Of a DNA stretch of 28,543 nucleotides, positions 1 to 9,428 are shown in pieces. Position 1 is the stretch's first letter; each line of letters starts with the position of its first letter. Source of the DNA: Bdellovibrionales bacterium. GTDB taxonomy: Bacteria > Bdellovibrionota > Bdellovibrionia > Bdellovibrionales > JAMPXM01. The notes under the pieces were generated by a model that was given only the letters and a program-made list of their open reading frames with translations, searched no databases and was not told the DNA's origin. The stretch is taken from NCBI GenBank assembly GCA_043739185.1, contig JAYUEN010000500.1, positions 1 to 28,543 on the forward strand, in the 5' to 3' direction. A program made the translations under genes and the position numbers.

Positions 1-203
1 AGTTTTATATGATTGAATCTGTAAAGGGCGTGGTGGGTTCTTTATTCTCTTAGTTGAAAATTGTTGAGAATCTCAGCGTCAGGCAATCAGAATTCAGTCA
101 ACGGCCGCAGATTCAGAGTCTGAAGGGGTATCTGCCTGACACACTAAAGGCTGATCACCGAAACTGGCAGGCGGTTGACTGCCGCTGCTGCCGTTTAAAC
201 TGA

Positions 204-713
204 TCAATTGCCTTTAGAATGCGAAGAATTCATTTCCTTTTGAATCCACTTTTGCCCGTTTGAGCCGCTAGCCAAAATTTGTTGATTGGCATCAACAACC
301 ATAATGTGGGGGACGCTTGAAATTGCATGTGCCTTTGAAAACTGTTTGTCGGTATCGGCAAAGGAAGGTCCATCGATTAGCTTAGCCATTTTTTCAATTT
401 CAGGTTTTGAATCCATTCCTATTACATATTTTAAGCCGGGCCGGTTGGTATCCTTCCAGGCTTTTTGTACTGAAACTAGTTTGGGAAGCAATTGATGACA
501 GTAACCGCACCACGGCGCCACATACACATAAACGCACTGGCTGCGACCCGTACAAGGATCTAAGCCTGCCTCGCGTGAAGAGCTCAAGCTTGCCGAATTC
601 ATTTTGAGTTGATTCGCAATCTCAGGACTAAACTTGGGTTTATGGTGTTTCTTCCAGCCCCAAATTCCAATTGCTAAAACTAAAATGATAATTAATTTAG
701 AATCAAATCTCAA
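204..713 (-). CDS. Membrane-anchored thioredoxin-like (TlpA/ResA-type) disulfide oxidoreductase
   Basis: N-terminal TM anchor (LIIILVLAIGIWGW), thioredoxin motif APWCGYC and cis-Pro loop ISSVPHIMVVD; TTG start. Confidence 0.85.
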   Translation of the reverse strand: MRFDSKLIIILVLAIGIWGWKKHHKPKFSPEIANQLKMNSASLSSSREAGLDPCTGRSQCVYVYVAPWCGYCHQLLPKLVSVQKAWKDTNRPGLKYVIGMDSKPEIEKMAKLIDGPSFADTDKQFSKAHAISSVPHIMVVDANQQILASGSNGQKWIQKEMNSSHSKGN

Positions 714-749
714 AAAATTGGCCTTTCGTAATTATCAATAAGTTTATAC

Positions 750-777
750 TTATCGGTTTAAGAAGGCTAAAAATTTA
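750..777 (-). promoter_or_regulatory. Candidate sigma28 (FliA) promoter for the thioredoxin-like gene
   Basis: Minus strand reads TAAA-N16-ACCGATAA, about 36 nt upstream of the start; consensus is TAAA-N15-GCCGATAA. Confidence 0.4.
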
Positions 778-802
778 AGTCTCAATTTGATTCAGTTTTG
801 AA

Positions 803-2068
803 TCAATTGGCTCGATTGGGTTTGGCGGGCTTGAGAGTTCCCACCTTTTTAGTAATTAAGAGATCCCAAGGTCCACTTTTTTCGTCGCGATTTAAATATT
901 CAACAGATATGAGGAGGTAGCCCATTTTCTTAGGATTCCTTGTTTTATTTCCGTTGATATCGCGATTTCCGATTGGTCCCCACGAGTTTTGTACAATGAG
1001 ATAAGTGGGTACTAAGGGATCATCTTGAAACAAATAATTGACCACCAGAAGCTCGTGTTGGCCGTTGACCTCTTTGCAGTTTGTTCCGCACGTGGCAGAT
1101 GAAAGTAAGCCCTGATTTTGTTCATTCATCCATACAGCGTCGTCACCGAAAAGTTCCATGCCGATCAGAGCTGGTAAACCAAATTCACGAATCGAAGTAG
1201 CGATAGATTTAAGAGCCGCTCGTTGGTTATAAGTACTGGTTTTTGTGTATTGATATTCTCTCGGATCAAATTGCAGAAAATCCTTTAAGAAAAGTCGTGG
1301 AGTGGTCCTGATATTTTGGTAGCTGAATTCTTGATTGGGCCTGAGCGGCACTTGAGTAATAGCATGTTCATGTTGCATCAGTGAAGTTACCAGATCATTA
1401 AAAAGTGCGGTATTGACGCCGTCTTTTTCGTCAAATTCTTTCGCATATCGTTCAATGTGATCACCCTTCAAAAGGTAATTTCCAACAAAATGAGCCAAGC
1501 CATTTTCAATTCTTTTCTCTCTTTCATCAGTCGAAATTTCTTGTTTATAACGAATGAATGGAACCACTCCTGAAAAGTGGAGCTTCGAAATAGCTTCATC
1601 TGCGTTGGCGCCAACATCAATTTGAAATCCCAAAGAAGTATTCACTCGCCGCGAAGGACCAAGTCCATAAGCATCTTTAAAAAGTTTTTGTAACTTGAGT
1701 GTTCTTGCACTCGGGTTTGGATCTTGGTATTGCTCTCGCATATTCGTGAATTTGCGAATATTAGATCGGACCTGCACATAGACATGCCAGAAAAGATCAT
1801 ATTCGGGGGATAGGCGAACGTCCTTGCCGGTTTTAGCAAAATAGTGAGCTTCAACCAATTCAGTGATTGCCTGTGCCCAACAATCTTCGCCTGATTTTTG
1901 ATTGTGAATACGACCATGAGCAATGCCACCAGGAATGGCAACGTAATTTCCTTGGATCTGCTTACTCTCTTGATAAAATAAGCTAGGACATGAGTTAAGG
2001 CCTTTTGAGTCGGCGCGGGGAGTAAGACTTAGGATTGAAATGAGTACGATGAGAAAGGCTTTAAGCAT
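803..2068 (-). CDS. Secreted papain-like cysteine peptidase (family C1, aminopeptidase C/bleomycin hydrolase-like)
   Basis: Signal peptide; oxyanion Gln and catalytic Cys in HNQKSGEDCWAQA; LSPEY motif; catalytic His in GQHELLVVNY; Asn in IVQNSWG. Confidence 0.85.
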   Translation of the reverse strand: MLKAFLIVLISILSLTPRADSKGLNSCPSLFYQESKQIQGNYVAIPGGIAHGRIHNQKSGEDCWAQAITELVEAHYFAKTGKDVRLSPEYDLFWHVYVQVRSNIRKFTNMREQYQDPNPSARTLKLQKLFKDAYGLGPSRRVNTSLGFQIDVGANADEAISKLHFSGVVPFIRYKQEISTDEREKRIENGLAHFVGNYLLKGDHIERYAKEFDEKDGVNTALFNDLVTSLMQHEHAITQVPLRPNQEFSYQNIRTTPRLFLKDFLQFDPREYQYTKTSTYNQRAALKSIATSIREFGLPALIGMELFGDDAVWMNEQNQGLLSSATCGTNCKEVNGQHELLVVNYLFQDDPLVPTYLIVQNSWGPIGNRDINGNKTRNPKKMGYLLISVEYLNRDEKSGPWDLLITKKVGTLKPAKPNRAN

Positions 2069-2080
2069 AGTGAAGTCTAA

Positions 2081-2096
2081 AGCAACAGCTATACCA
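2081..2096 (-). promoter_or_regulatory. Sigma54 (-24/-12) promoter for the C1 peptidase
   Basis: Minus strand TGGTAT-AGCTG-TTGCT, exact GG-N10-GC spacing, ending 12 nt before the ATG. Confidence 0.65.
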
Positions 2097-2642
2097 GCTA
2101 TTGGACTTTTAAACTCACTGCCCTAAGTTTCAAACGTTTAACTTTTCGCCAGGGTGGCCGGGAAATGCCAGGATGTACCTGCTTAGTTTTGGAGGCGCTC
2201 CGCGTTTAAGTAGAAACCGACTTTGATATAACTGAAGCATTATTTAATATGATGCTCAATCGTCTGACTGATCCAGGTAGCAAACGACAATTGACGTTTT
2301 GGGAACAGGAAGTTGAGGGAGCTAAGCAATTTGGCGTTCACCAATATTGCAAATACAATATTACAGAGCTCTCGACCATTTGATTGATCACAAGGATGAG
2401 AAAGTGACTCAGATTTAGAAAAGAAGATCCGTGTTCTCACTATGAAGCAATAAGGCCTAGTGTCTCAAATGGACCGACACATTGACGGCTGGTCAGCGCA
2501 TCCGTTCCTTTAAGAACCACCCAACTTAAAATGTCTCCGAAGCCTTGAATAACCGTTAATGATAAATATCAAGAAGCCGATTAGTATTGGCACACTTACG
2601 TCTTTTTCAAATCGCGTGCGAAGTCGAAAGAAGAAATCAGCA

Positions 2643-3338
2643 ATGGAAGATAATAATAGAATTGCGAAAGCCAAGTTTGGACTGGAGAACGGCGACTCCA
2701 TCGACGTTTTTCCGCCGGGTTGGAACTACTCTATTGATTGGGCAAGCGACGAAGACCGATCCAAAATTATTGCTTTGAATTTGGCTGAAAATCGCCAAAT
2801 CATGAATCTCACTACTAGTAATTTGGCGAAGCTCTTCGTATTGCGCGATGAAGACAACAACAAGCGAATAGTTGGATGGTGTGGCGTCGACCTGGATCAT
2901 GATCCAAAATATCCCGAGTTCTTTTCTTGTTATTTGCTGCCGGAGTACAGAAACTACCTCTTATGGCTGGTACTCGAACACGCACGATCCACCTGGGCGT
3001 TAAGCCTTGGCGTAACACATCTTTACTTGAGAATGCAGAATGCGAGTAGTAGCGTTGATTCGTTGAAGGAAAAAAGACTAAAGACGGGAATCTATGCCCT
3101 GATTGAACCCAAAAAATTAGACGCCAAATTTATTAACAAATGCCAAAAATGCAATCTCTTTGCCAACAAGTGTTCAGATCAAATTTTCTTAATCGTCGAT
3201 GCGAACAAAATGATCGAACACGTTGTTGCCCGAATGGGCATAAACTCTGATCCACTTCCAAGATTTTTTTTCCTAAAACAAGAAGAAATGCGTAAAAAGA
3301 ATAAAGTAGGTCCATCTTGGAAGCGCATCGCTGCCTAA
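2643..3338 (+). CDS. GNAT-family N-acyltransferase-like protein
   Basis: GNAT beta4/motif A pattern (RIVGWCGV...FFSCYLLPEYRN...GVTHLYL) and a C-terminal CQKC-x6-C cluster. Start is taken as the internal Met at 2643; the ORF is open from 2559. Confidence 0.7.
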   Translation: MEDNNRIAKAKFGLENGDSIDVFPPGWNYSIDWASDEDRSKIIALNLAENRQIMNLTTSNLAKLFVLRDEDNNKRIVGWCGVDLDHDPKYPEFFSCYLLPEYRNYLLWLVLEHARSTWALSLGVTHLYLRMQNASSSVDSLKEKRLKTGIYALIEPKKLDAKFINKCQKCNLFANKCSDQIFLIVDANKMIEHVVARMGINSDPLPRFFFLKQEEMRKKNKVGPSWKRIAA

Positions 3339-3446
3339 TTTTATTAGAGCAGCCGCTCGGTTCAGAATGCAAAAAAATGTCGATGTACATAGGAGAATTA
3401 AAAACAATTCATGGTATTAGCTATTGAAATCAAGTAGAGGTGCGGG

Positions 3447-3998
3447 ATGAAAAATCGTTCCATGGTTCCAGAAAAAATTATAAACTACTGTCACCTCGAG
3501 ACGATAGCGCGTTTCGGATCGGTAACTGGTTTAAGCTTGTCAGAATCTAAAACGGTATTCCGCGAACTCATAAAGTTTTTGTGGCTGCGAAATAAGCTGA
3601 TTCAAGATTCAGATAAAAGGAAAAAGGGTCTCCCTAAAAAGATATATATGAGAGACGAAATGATTTTCATGGATGAAATGTGGCACATATTTCTCCAATA
3701 CATGGAAGACTATGAGCAATTCTGTCAGCGAAGCTTTGGTCGTGTTCTCCTTCACAGACCAACGCCAGAAAATGAGAAGGCTTGGCGTGTTCAGGCGTCA
3801 ATTAGAATTCAAATGGAAGAAGAGTATGAAAAATACTTCAAATATATTTATGAGAATTTAGGATCCAGGACTGCAAAGAAATGGTTTTCCTTCTTGTCTA
3901 GGCCATACTCAGATGTCGCCTTTAGGAACAGCTGGCAGAATTTCATGAAGACTGCGAAAGGTGGTCCCTCTTGTCGAACAAAAAAATCAGCTGCCTGA
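3447..3998 (+). CDS. GRDP-like (glycine-rich domain-containing protein / DUF1399-type) protein
   Basis: Family signature ELIKFLWL...DEMWHIF...YEQFC...FGRVLLHRP; GAGGT RBS upstream. Confidence 0.75.
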   Translation: MKNRSMVPEKIINYCHLETIARFGSVTGLSLSESKTVFRELIKFLWLRNKLIQDSDKRKKGLPKKIYMRDEMIFMDEMWHIFLQYMEDYEQFCQRSFGRVLLHRPTPENEKAWRVQASIRIQMEEEYEKYFKYIYENLGSRTAKKWFSFLSRPYSDVAFRNSWQNFMKTAKGGPSCRTKKSAA

Positions 3999-4086
3999 TG
4001 CGGGACAGACGAAAGCGAAGTGGCAGCGTGATTGTATATACCGCTATAGTCGTGGACTTGTGCTTGAGATTGCGCAACGCTGTTGC

Positions 4087-5286
4087 ATGATTTCAAAACT
4101 ACTGCGGGAGAGTCCGATAAACAAAGATTTGATAATCTTATTTCTTTGCCAGGCCCTCGGAATAACATCGACATCACTTATGGTCACCTCCACAGCTCTC
4201 GTTGGTCGGAGTTTGGCCGTCACACCGGAACTGGCGACACTACCTTATGCTGTGCAATTTATCGCCATGTTTGCAATGAGTTTCCCAGCTGCGGCTATGG
4301 CATCTAAATTCGGGAACAGATACATTTTGATATTTGGATCTAGCGTTCTTGTTATCTCGGGAGCAGTAGCAGCCTTTTCAGTTTGGAAGCTGAGCTATGT
4401 TGCCTTTATTTTTGCTAGCGGCTTATTTGGAGCGTTCAGCTCAATTTCAATGCGCTATCGTTTCGCTGCCGCCGAAGTTACTCAGGTTGGAAATAAGTTG
4501 TATGCCATTTCCTTCGTTATATCGGGCGGAGTCTTGGCGTCTTTTTGCGGGCCCGCACTTGCAGCGTCTGCGCGGGATGCCTTCATATCCGTCCCATTTT
4601 GCGGAAGCTTTTTGGTCCTCTGTGCTTTGGGCGTCCTTGGACTTCTGCTTCTCTCGTTTCTGTCAAATCCGAAACCGGCTGCTGAATTATCATTGGAACT
4701 TCGATCTTCTAGGAAACCTGAATTACGAGTTCCAAGTTTCATTGTTATCGTCATTTGTAGCGCAGTCGGTTACGGATCAATGAGTGCGCTAATGTCTGCG
4801 ACTCCTCTGGAGATGAGCGATTGTCATTTGTCATTTCAACAAACTGCATTTGTTATTCAGTGGCACATCTTTGCAATGTATGCACCCAGTTTAGTTTTGC
4901 CTCTGTTCTTCCGCCGCTTTGGAATTTTAAACGTGATTATCGGCGGAGATCTATTGATCCTCTGCTCAGTCGTCATAAATCTCTTGGGAGCTAATTTACA
5001 ATTGTTTTGGTCTTCGTTAATTGTTCTCGGCATCGGATGGAGCTGCATGTTTGTTGGTGCAACAAGCTTGCTCGCCCAATTTCTAGCGGACCGACAAGCT
5101 TCGAAGGCACAGGGTCTGCACGATGCTGTGCTGTTTTCATTCGTCGCCGTTTCTATTCTTGTCTCGGGAGCCATTCAATCGACTTGGGGATGGAAGGCGT
5201 TAAATTTAATGGTCTTGCCGATTCTCGTTGTGGCGTTTTGTGCATCCCTCTATGGCAAAAAATTAGGCTTGGATCAGCAAAAGTAA
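4087..5286 (+). CDS. MFS transporter
   Basis: About 12 hydrophobic segments, motif A-like ASKFGNR, and RFAAAE and WHIFAMYAPS motifs. Start is taken at Met 4087; the ORF is open from GTG 3961. Confidence 0.9.
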   Translation: MISKLLRESPINKDLIILFLCQALGITSTSLMVTSTALVGRSLAVTPELATLPYAVQFIAMFAMSFPAAAMASKFGNRYILIFGSSVLVISGAVAAFSVWKLSYVAFIFASGLFGAFSSISMRYRFAAAEVTQVGNKLYAISFVISGGVLASFCGPALAASARDAFISVPFCGSFLVLCALGVLGLLLLSFLSNPKPAAELSLELRSSRKPELRVPSFIVIVICSAVGYGSMSALMSATPLEMSDCHLSFQQTAFVIQWHIFAMYAPSLVLPLFFRRFGILNVIIGGDLLILCSVVINLLGANLQLFWSSLIVLGIGWSCMFVGATSLLAQFLADRQASKAQGLHDAVLFSFVAVSILVSGAIQSTWGWKALNLMVLPILVVAFCASLYGKKLGLDQQK

Positions 5287-5430
5287 TGCGGCTGAGTTAG
5301 CTCAGTGATCGTCAATCTGGTCTCTATGTCTGTCCTTTCATCATTTCGTCGCGCGACCTAAGATAAGTTTTGGGACTTTAGATTTTCATAAGGATATAAA
5401 TTTTAAATTTCATATGCTATCATCGATGCA

Positions 5431-6567
5431 ATGTTGAACTTTTCGGTCTTCTTTAATTTCGTTATTCTTACGATAGCAATTGCCTCCCATGCCGAGACAG
5501 GGGTGACTGATACCGAAATTGTGATAGGGCAGAGTGCGGCTTTTTCAGGTCCGTCCTCTGCAAAGGCGATTATAGCATCAAAGGGAGCAGATATTTATTT
5601 GAAGCGAATTAACGATCAAGGCGGTGTATACGGCAGAAAAGTACGAATTATTGCTTTAGATGATGGATACGAGCCCCAGGCAACCATTAAGAATACGAAA
5701 CGTTTAATTGAGCAAGAAAAAGTGTTCGCCGTTATGCACTATTTCGGAACACCTACGATGAGAGCCGCGCTGCCGATGCTGAAATCTAACGGAATCCCAG
5801 TTATGACTCCGTTAGGCGGCTCCGAAATTACCCGAAACCCGTTTCTCAGGAATGTTTTTGTAATCCGCGCTGGCTATTCAAAAGAGGCGGACTTAGCAAT
5901 TGATTTTGCAATCCAGCGCAACAAAAAGAAATTTGCGATCATCTACCAGGATGACGGGTATGGTACCGATGCGTTGAGCGGAACATTAAAGGCACTTGCG
6001 AAGTACAACATTAAGCCAGTCACTACTGCCCCATACCGCCGCAACACAAAAGATATGGAGATCGCAGTCAAGAAGGTCAATGACGCCGCCCCCGACTTTA
6101 TTTACGTATTTGCTATTGGCGATTCAGGGATTGATTTTGTTGAGCGGTTCGCAAAGAGCAAATGGGCATCACCGCCGATGGTCATGTTGGGCTCTCCATT
6201 GGTCTCGAACGAAATTGCAAAGGCGGTTGATCAATATAAACTTACAGTTTATGCCACTTCTGGTCTGCCCCTTCCGGACCCTTCGGTATTGGTTGCAGCG
6301 AAATCCTTTAAAAGAGACGCGATGGATCCTGTTATTTCGTCGGATTTATCTGGATTTGAGGGATACATTGACGCGGCGGTGCTAGTTGAAGCACTGAAGC
6401 GCGCGGGAAAGAGTCTCACACGTGGTACTTTTATTTCGGCTCTTGAGAGTATGTCGCCTTTCGATTTCGAGGGTCTTAACATCTCATTTAGCCCGACAAA
6501 TCACCAGGGAATGAACAGTGCCCATATCCTAATTTGCAAGAACGGCAAATTTGAAACTATCAAATAG
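5431..6567 (+). CDS. Periplasmic substrate-binding protein, branched-chain amino acid (Peripla_BP_6/LivJ-like) family
   Basis: Signal peptide; GVTDTEIVIGQSAAFSGP, INDQGGVYGRKV, LDDGYEP, YQDDGYG and EGYIDA motifs. Confidence 0.9.
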   Translation: MLNFSVFFNFVILTIAIASHAETGVTDTEIVIGQSAAFSGPSSAKAIIASKGADIYLKRINDQGGVYGRKVRIIALDDGYEPQATIKNTKRLIEQEKVFAVMHYFGTPTMRAALPMLKSNGIPVMTPLGGSEITRNPFLRNVFVIRAGYSKEADLAIDFAIQRNKKKFAIIYQDDGYGTDALSGTLKALAKYNIKPVTTAPYRRNTKDMEIAVKKVNDAAPDFIYVFAIGDSGIDFVERFAKSKWASPPMVMLGSPLVSNEIAKAVDQYKLTVYATSGLPLPDPSVLVAAKSFKRDAMDPVISSDLSGFEGYIDAAVLVEALKRAGKSLTRGTFISALESMSPFDFEGLNISFSPTNHQGMNSAHILICKNGKFETIK

Positions 6568-6799
6568 AAGAACCAGGGCAGACCAGCGCCATGACAATTC
6601 ATAAACTGCGCTGCACGATTTTTCAGGTGAAGTTAGTCCAAACAGAAATATAGTTCCCTGCGTGTCCCCAAATTACAATTCATTCGCATTACGAATTTTT
6701 CGGTGGTGGATTTAAAACAAAAACAAGCTCGCTTCATGCCGATAGGTAAAAAGCAAAACATAGGCCATTTTTAGGCCTTTACAGTCTAAGGGCCCAGTT

Positions 6800-8266
6800 T
6801 TAACTAGCCCTTTTATTTTCATCTATATTAGAATCTTGAGAATTCTCGAAATCCTGATCAGCCAGCTTGATCTTTTTAACTTTTCTGTTGGAAGTTCCCC
6901 TGATGCTGGTCTCAATGGACCTGGCAATATGATCGAGTCCTTGAACTTCAAATTCGAGGGCCTGAGAGGTGCGCTTTGATCTTTCAGCAATATCATGATT
7001 GAGATCTGTGGTTCTGTTTAAGTCGCTCATGGCTTTATTTGTTTGAACGATACCCAGCTCTTGCTCATTGGTAGCGGTACTTATATTAACAATCTGGGTT
7101 GAAACCAAATAAATGTCAGAAGCAATTTCTTTAAAACTCTTAAAGGCCTCTTCAGTGGCTTGGCGTCCTATGACAACGCGCTCTTGAGTATTTCGAATAA
7201 TGTCATCGACTTGCTTTTCAGAATCCCCAATGAGTGAAGCAATTTCTTTGGCAGCTTTACCAGACATATTAGCAAGTTTTCCGACTTCTTCGGCAACGAC
7301 CGCAAAACCTCGGCCATGTTGACCCGCGCGCGCGGCTTCGATTGACGCATTAAATGAAAGTAATTGAGTTTTAAATACGATGCTATTGATGACATTGGTC
7401 TTAGTAGATATCTCTCTTATAATATCTGCAATTTGCACTAAGTGATCATTGGCTTGTTTGACTGAATTCATAGAGGAAACCATTTGAGTCATGATATTCA
7501 TTCCATTATTTGCCTTTTGAGTCACCTTTAACATAATTTCTTCAGACTGCTTGGCATGTGAAGCAGTTTGATTCAGCATGCCGGACATTTCGTTCATGGC
7601 TGAAGTCGTATTTTGAACTGCACCTGATTGATCGCCCACGCCATCGGCGAGAGCTTGCGAAAACTTCGAGATTTCGTTTGATGTTTTCGACAGCACAGAA
7701 GAAGTTTTTGAAAGGCTTGAGAGTGTTCTCCTTATTGGTTCAAAGGCATTTTTTGAAATAAAGAATACGCTTAAAGACGATAAGCTTTGTATGAGAAATA
7801 CTGCAATACCGCCAAGCAAGGCAATTTGCCAAAATACGGTTTGAAACACATCAGTTTTATAACCGATACTAACCGAGCCAATGCTTTTGCCAGCGCGATC
7901 TTTGATCACTTTATTTACAAGTTGAATATTAGGGGCTGTAACTGTTCGCGAAGACTCCGTCAGAGCCTTGCCTTTTTCGTCAAGATAAACAACGAACGCG
8001 AAATCATTATCTCTGGTTGCGATATTTGAAAAACTTTCAAGAGCTGCGATATCATAATTGGTTAAATAGGTCTGACCAACAGTTTGTAAAAAGGTAGATA
8101 TTGATTCGATTTTAGATTCCATTGCTGATTTTAAAGTGGATTGAACTTTAAAGATCATGAGAAAGCAAAAGCATACAAGTAGCACAAAAGAAATAATATT
8201 GACCGGCCAAAGCAAGCGATTGATAAGAGATTTTTTTTGAAATGAAGCGAGCTCAGGTAAACGCAT
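6800..8266 (-). CDS. Methyl-accepting chemotaxis protein
   Basis: Two TM helices flanking a small periplasmic (Cache-like) domain; signalling hairpin KTQLLSFNASIEAARAGQHGRGFAVVAEEV; GGAG RBS. Confidence 0.95.
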   Translation of the reverse strand: MRLPELASFQKKSLINRLLWPVNIISFVLLVCFCFLMIFKVQSTLKSAMESKIESISTFLQTVGQTYLTNYDIAALESFSNIATRDNDFAFVVYLDEKGKALTESSRTVTAPNIQLVNKVIKDRAGKSIGSVSIGYKTDVFQTVFWQIALLGGIAVFLIQSLSSLSVFFISKNAFEPIRRTLSSLSKTSSVLSKTSNEISKFSQALADGVGDQSGAVQNTTSAMNEMSGMLNQTASHAKQSEEIMLKVTQKANNGMNIMTQMVSSMNSVKQANDHLVQIADIIREISTKTNVINSIVFKTQLLSFNASIEAARAGQHGRGFAVVAEEVGKLANMSGKAAKEIASLIGDSEKQVDDIIRNTQERVVIGRQATEEAFKSFKEIASDIYLVSTQIVNISTATNEQELGIVQTNKAMSDLNRTTDLNHDIAERSKRTSQALEFEVQGLDHIARSIETSIRGTSNRKVKKIKLADQDFENSQDSNIDENKRAS

Positions 8267-8387
8267 CCGTTACTCCGAAAGATTTGCAGTCTTATATTGA
8301 TCGGTTTTATTCAAAATATTTACACTGGACGTTTGGATTGAATGCGTGGCTAAGACTAGGATGAAGGTCCTGCAGCAGGAGACGTAT

Positions 8388-9392
8388 CTAATCTCCTTTA
8401 TAAGAAATAAGAAAATCTGACTCCGGAATTAAATTTTTCTCTTTTAAAAATACCGGATTAAATATCTTAGATTGATAGCGTAATGCGGAATCGCAAAGGA
8501 TAGTGACAATATTTTTCTTAGAGTTCTTATTTTGCATCGCAAATTGAAAAGCACCAAAAACATTGAGGGCAGAAGAAGTTCCGACCAAGAGTCCGTCAAA
8601 CTTAGCTAAATGATAGAGCATTGAAATCATATCTTGATCATTGATCCGTACGGCATCATCTATAATAGCTTCTTTGAAATTTGCAGTGACTCGCATAATA
8701 CCAATTCCCTCGGTGATTGATGAGCCTTGAGTTTCAATCTTTCCGTTTGTTATAAATGAAAATAAGCCAGAACCTTCAGGGTCGATAAGCCGAATATGAA
8801 TAGCTTTATTTTTTTCTTTCAAAAATCGTGAAACTCCTGCGAGCGTACCGCCAGTTCCGGTGGCAGCGAGGAAGGCATCAATTTTTCCCTGAGTTTGCTC
8901 CCAAATTTCTGGTCCAGTTGATTGATAATGCATTTTAAAATTTGCCGTATTTTCGAATTGATTGGCCCAGAAAGAATTTTTTCTCTCTGTCGCCAATTTT
9001 TTTGCAATATGATAGTAATTATTTTCATTTGCAAATGGGCAGGGCGGAACGGTCACAAGTTCAACGCCAAGGGCTTTTAAGGCATCATACTTTTCTTGGG
9101 CTTGATTATTTGGCATTACAATTAAGCATGGGTAGCCTTTTTGTGCAGCGATAGAGGCCAGGCCAATTCCGGTATTGCCGGCAGTTCCTTCAACAATCGT
9201 AAAACCAGATTTCAAAGCACCACTTTTTTCTGCCTCCACTATAATGCCCAGGGCTGTTCGGTCCTTTACGCTACCTCCTGGATTCAAAAATTCAGCTTTT
9301 GCAAAAATATTGCAGCCGGTAAATGCAGAAAGCGATTCAATTTTTATAAGAGGGGTGTTTCCGACGACTTCACAAACTTTTCCGGTTAACAT
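8388..9392 (-). CDS. cysK: Cysteine synthase (O-acetylserine sulfhydrylase, PLP-dependent)
   Basis: VGNTPL, KAEFLNPGGSVKDR (PLP Lys), EGTAGNTGIG, GTGGT and EGIG motifs. Confidence 0.93.
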   Translation of the reverse strand: MLTGKVCEVVGNTPLIKIESLSAFTGCNIFAKAEFLNPGGSVKDRTALGIIVEAEKSGALKSGFTIVEGTAGNTGIGLASIAAQKGYPCLIVMPNNQAQEKYDALKALGVELVTVPPCPFANENNYYHIAKKLATERKNSFWANQFENTANFKMHYQSTGPEIWEQTQGKIDAFLAATGTGGTLAGVSRFLKEKNKAIHIRLIDPEGSGLFSFITNGKIETQGSSITEGIGIMRVTANFKEAIIDDAVRINDQDMISMLYHLAKFDGLLVGTSSALNVFGAFQFAMQNKNSKKNIVTILCDSALRYQSKIFNPVFLKEKNLIPESDFLISYKGD

Positions 9393-9428
9393 TCTGATTC
9401 AATCCTTTCGGGGCAAATACTTGATCTT

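Noticed and set aside
3..53. Possible 3' end of a plus-strand CDS (FYMIESVKGVVGSLFS*)
   Set aside because: Too short to support or identify.
151..165. CTGATCA..GAAAC resembling a hammerhead ribozyme core
   Set aside because: The core should be CUGANGA with a stem II before GAAA; neither is present.
54..203. 49-codon TTG ORF on the plus strand
   Set aside because: No RBS or recognisable motif; the region is better explained by RNA-level structure.
8298..8322. Sigma28-like promoter upstream of the MCP (TAAA-N13-ACCGATCA)
   Set aside because: Biologically plausible, but the spacer is two bases short and the -10 box is imperfect.
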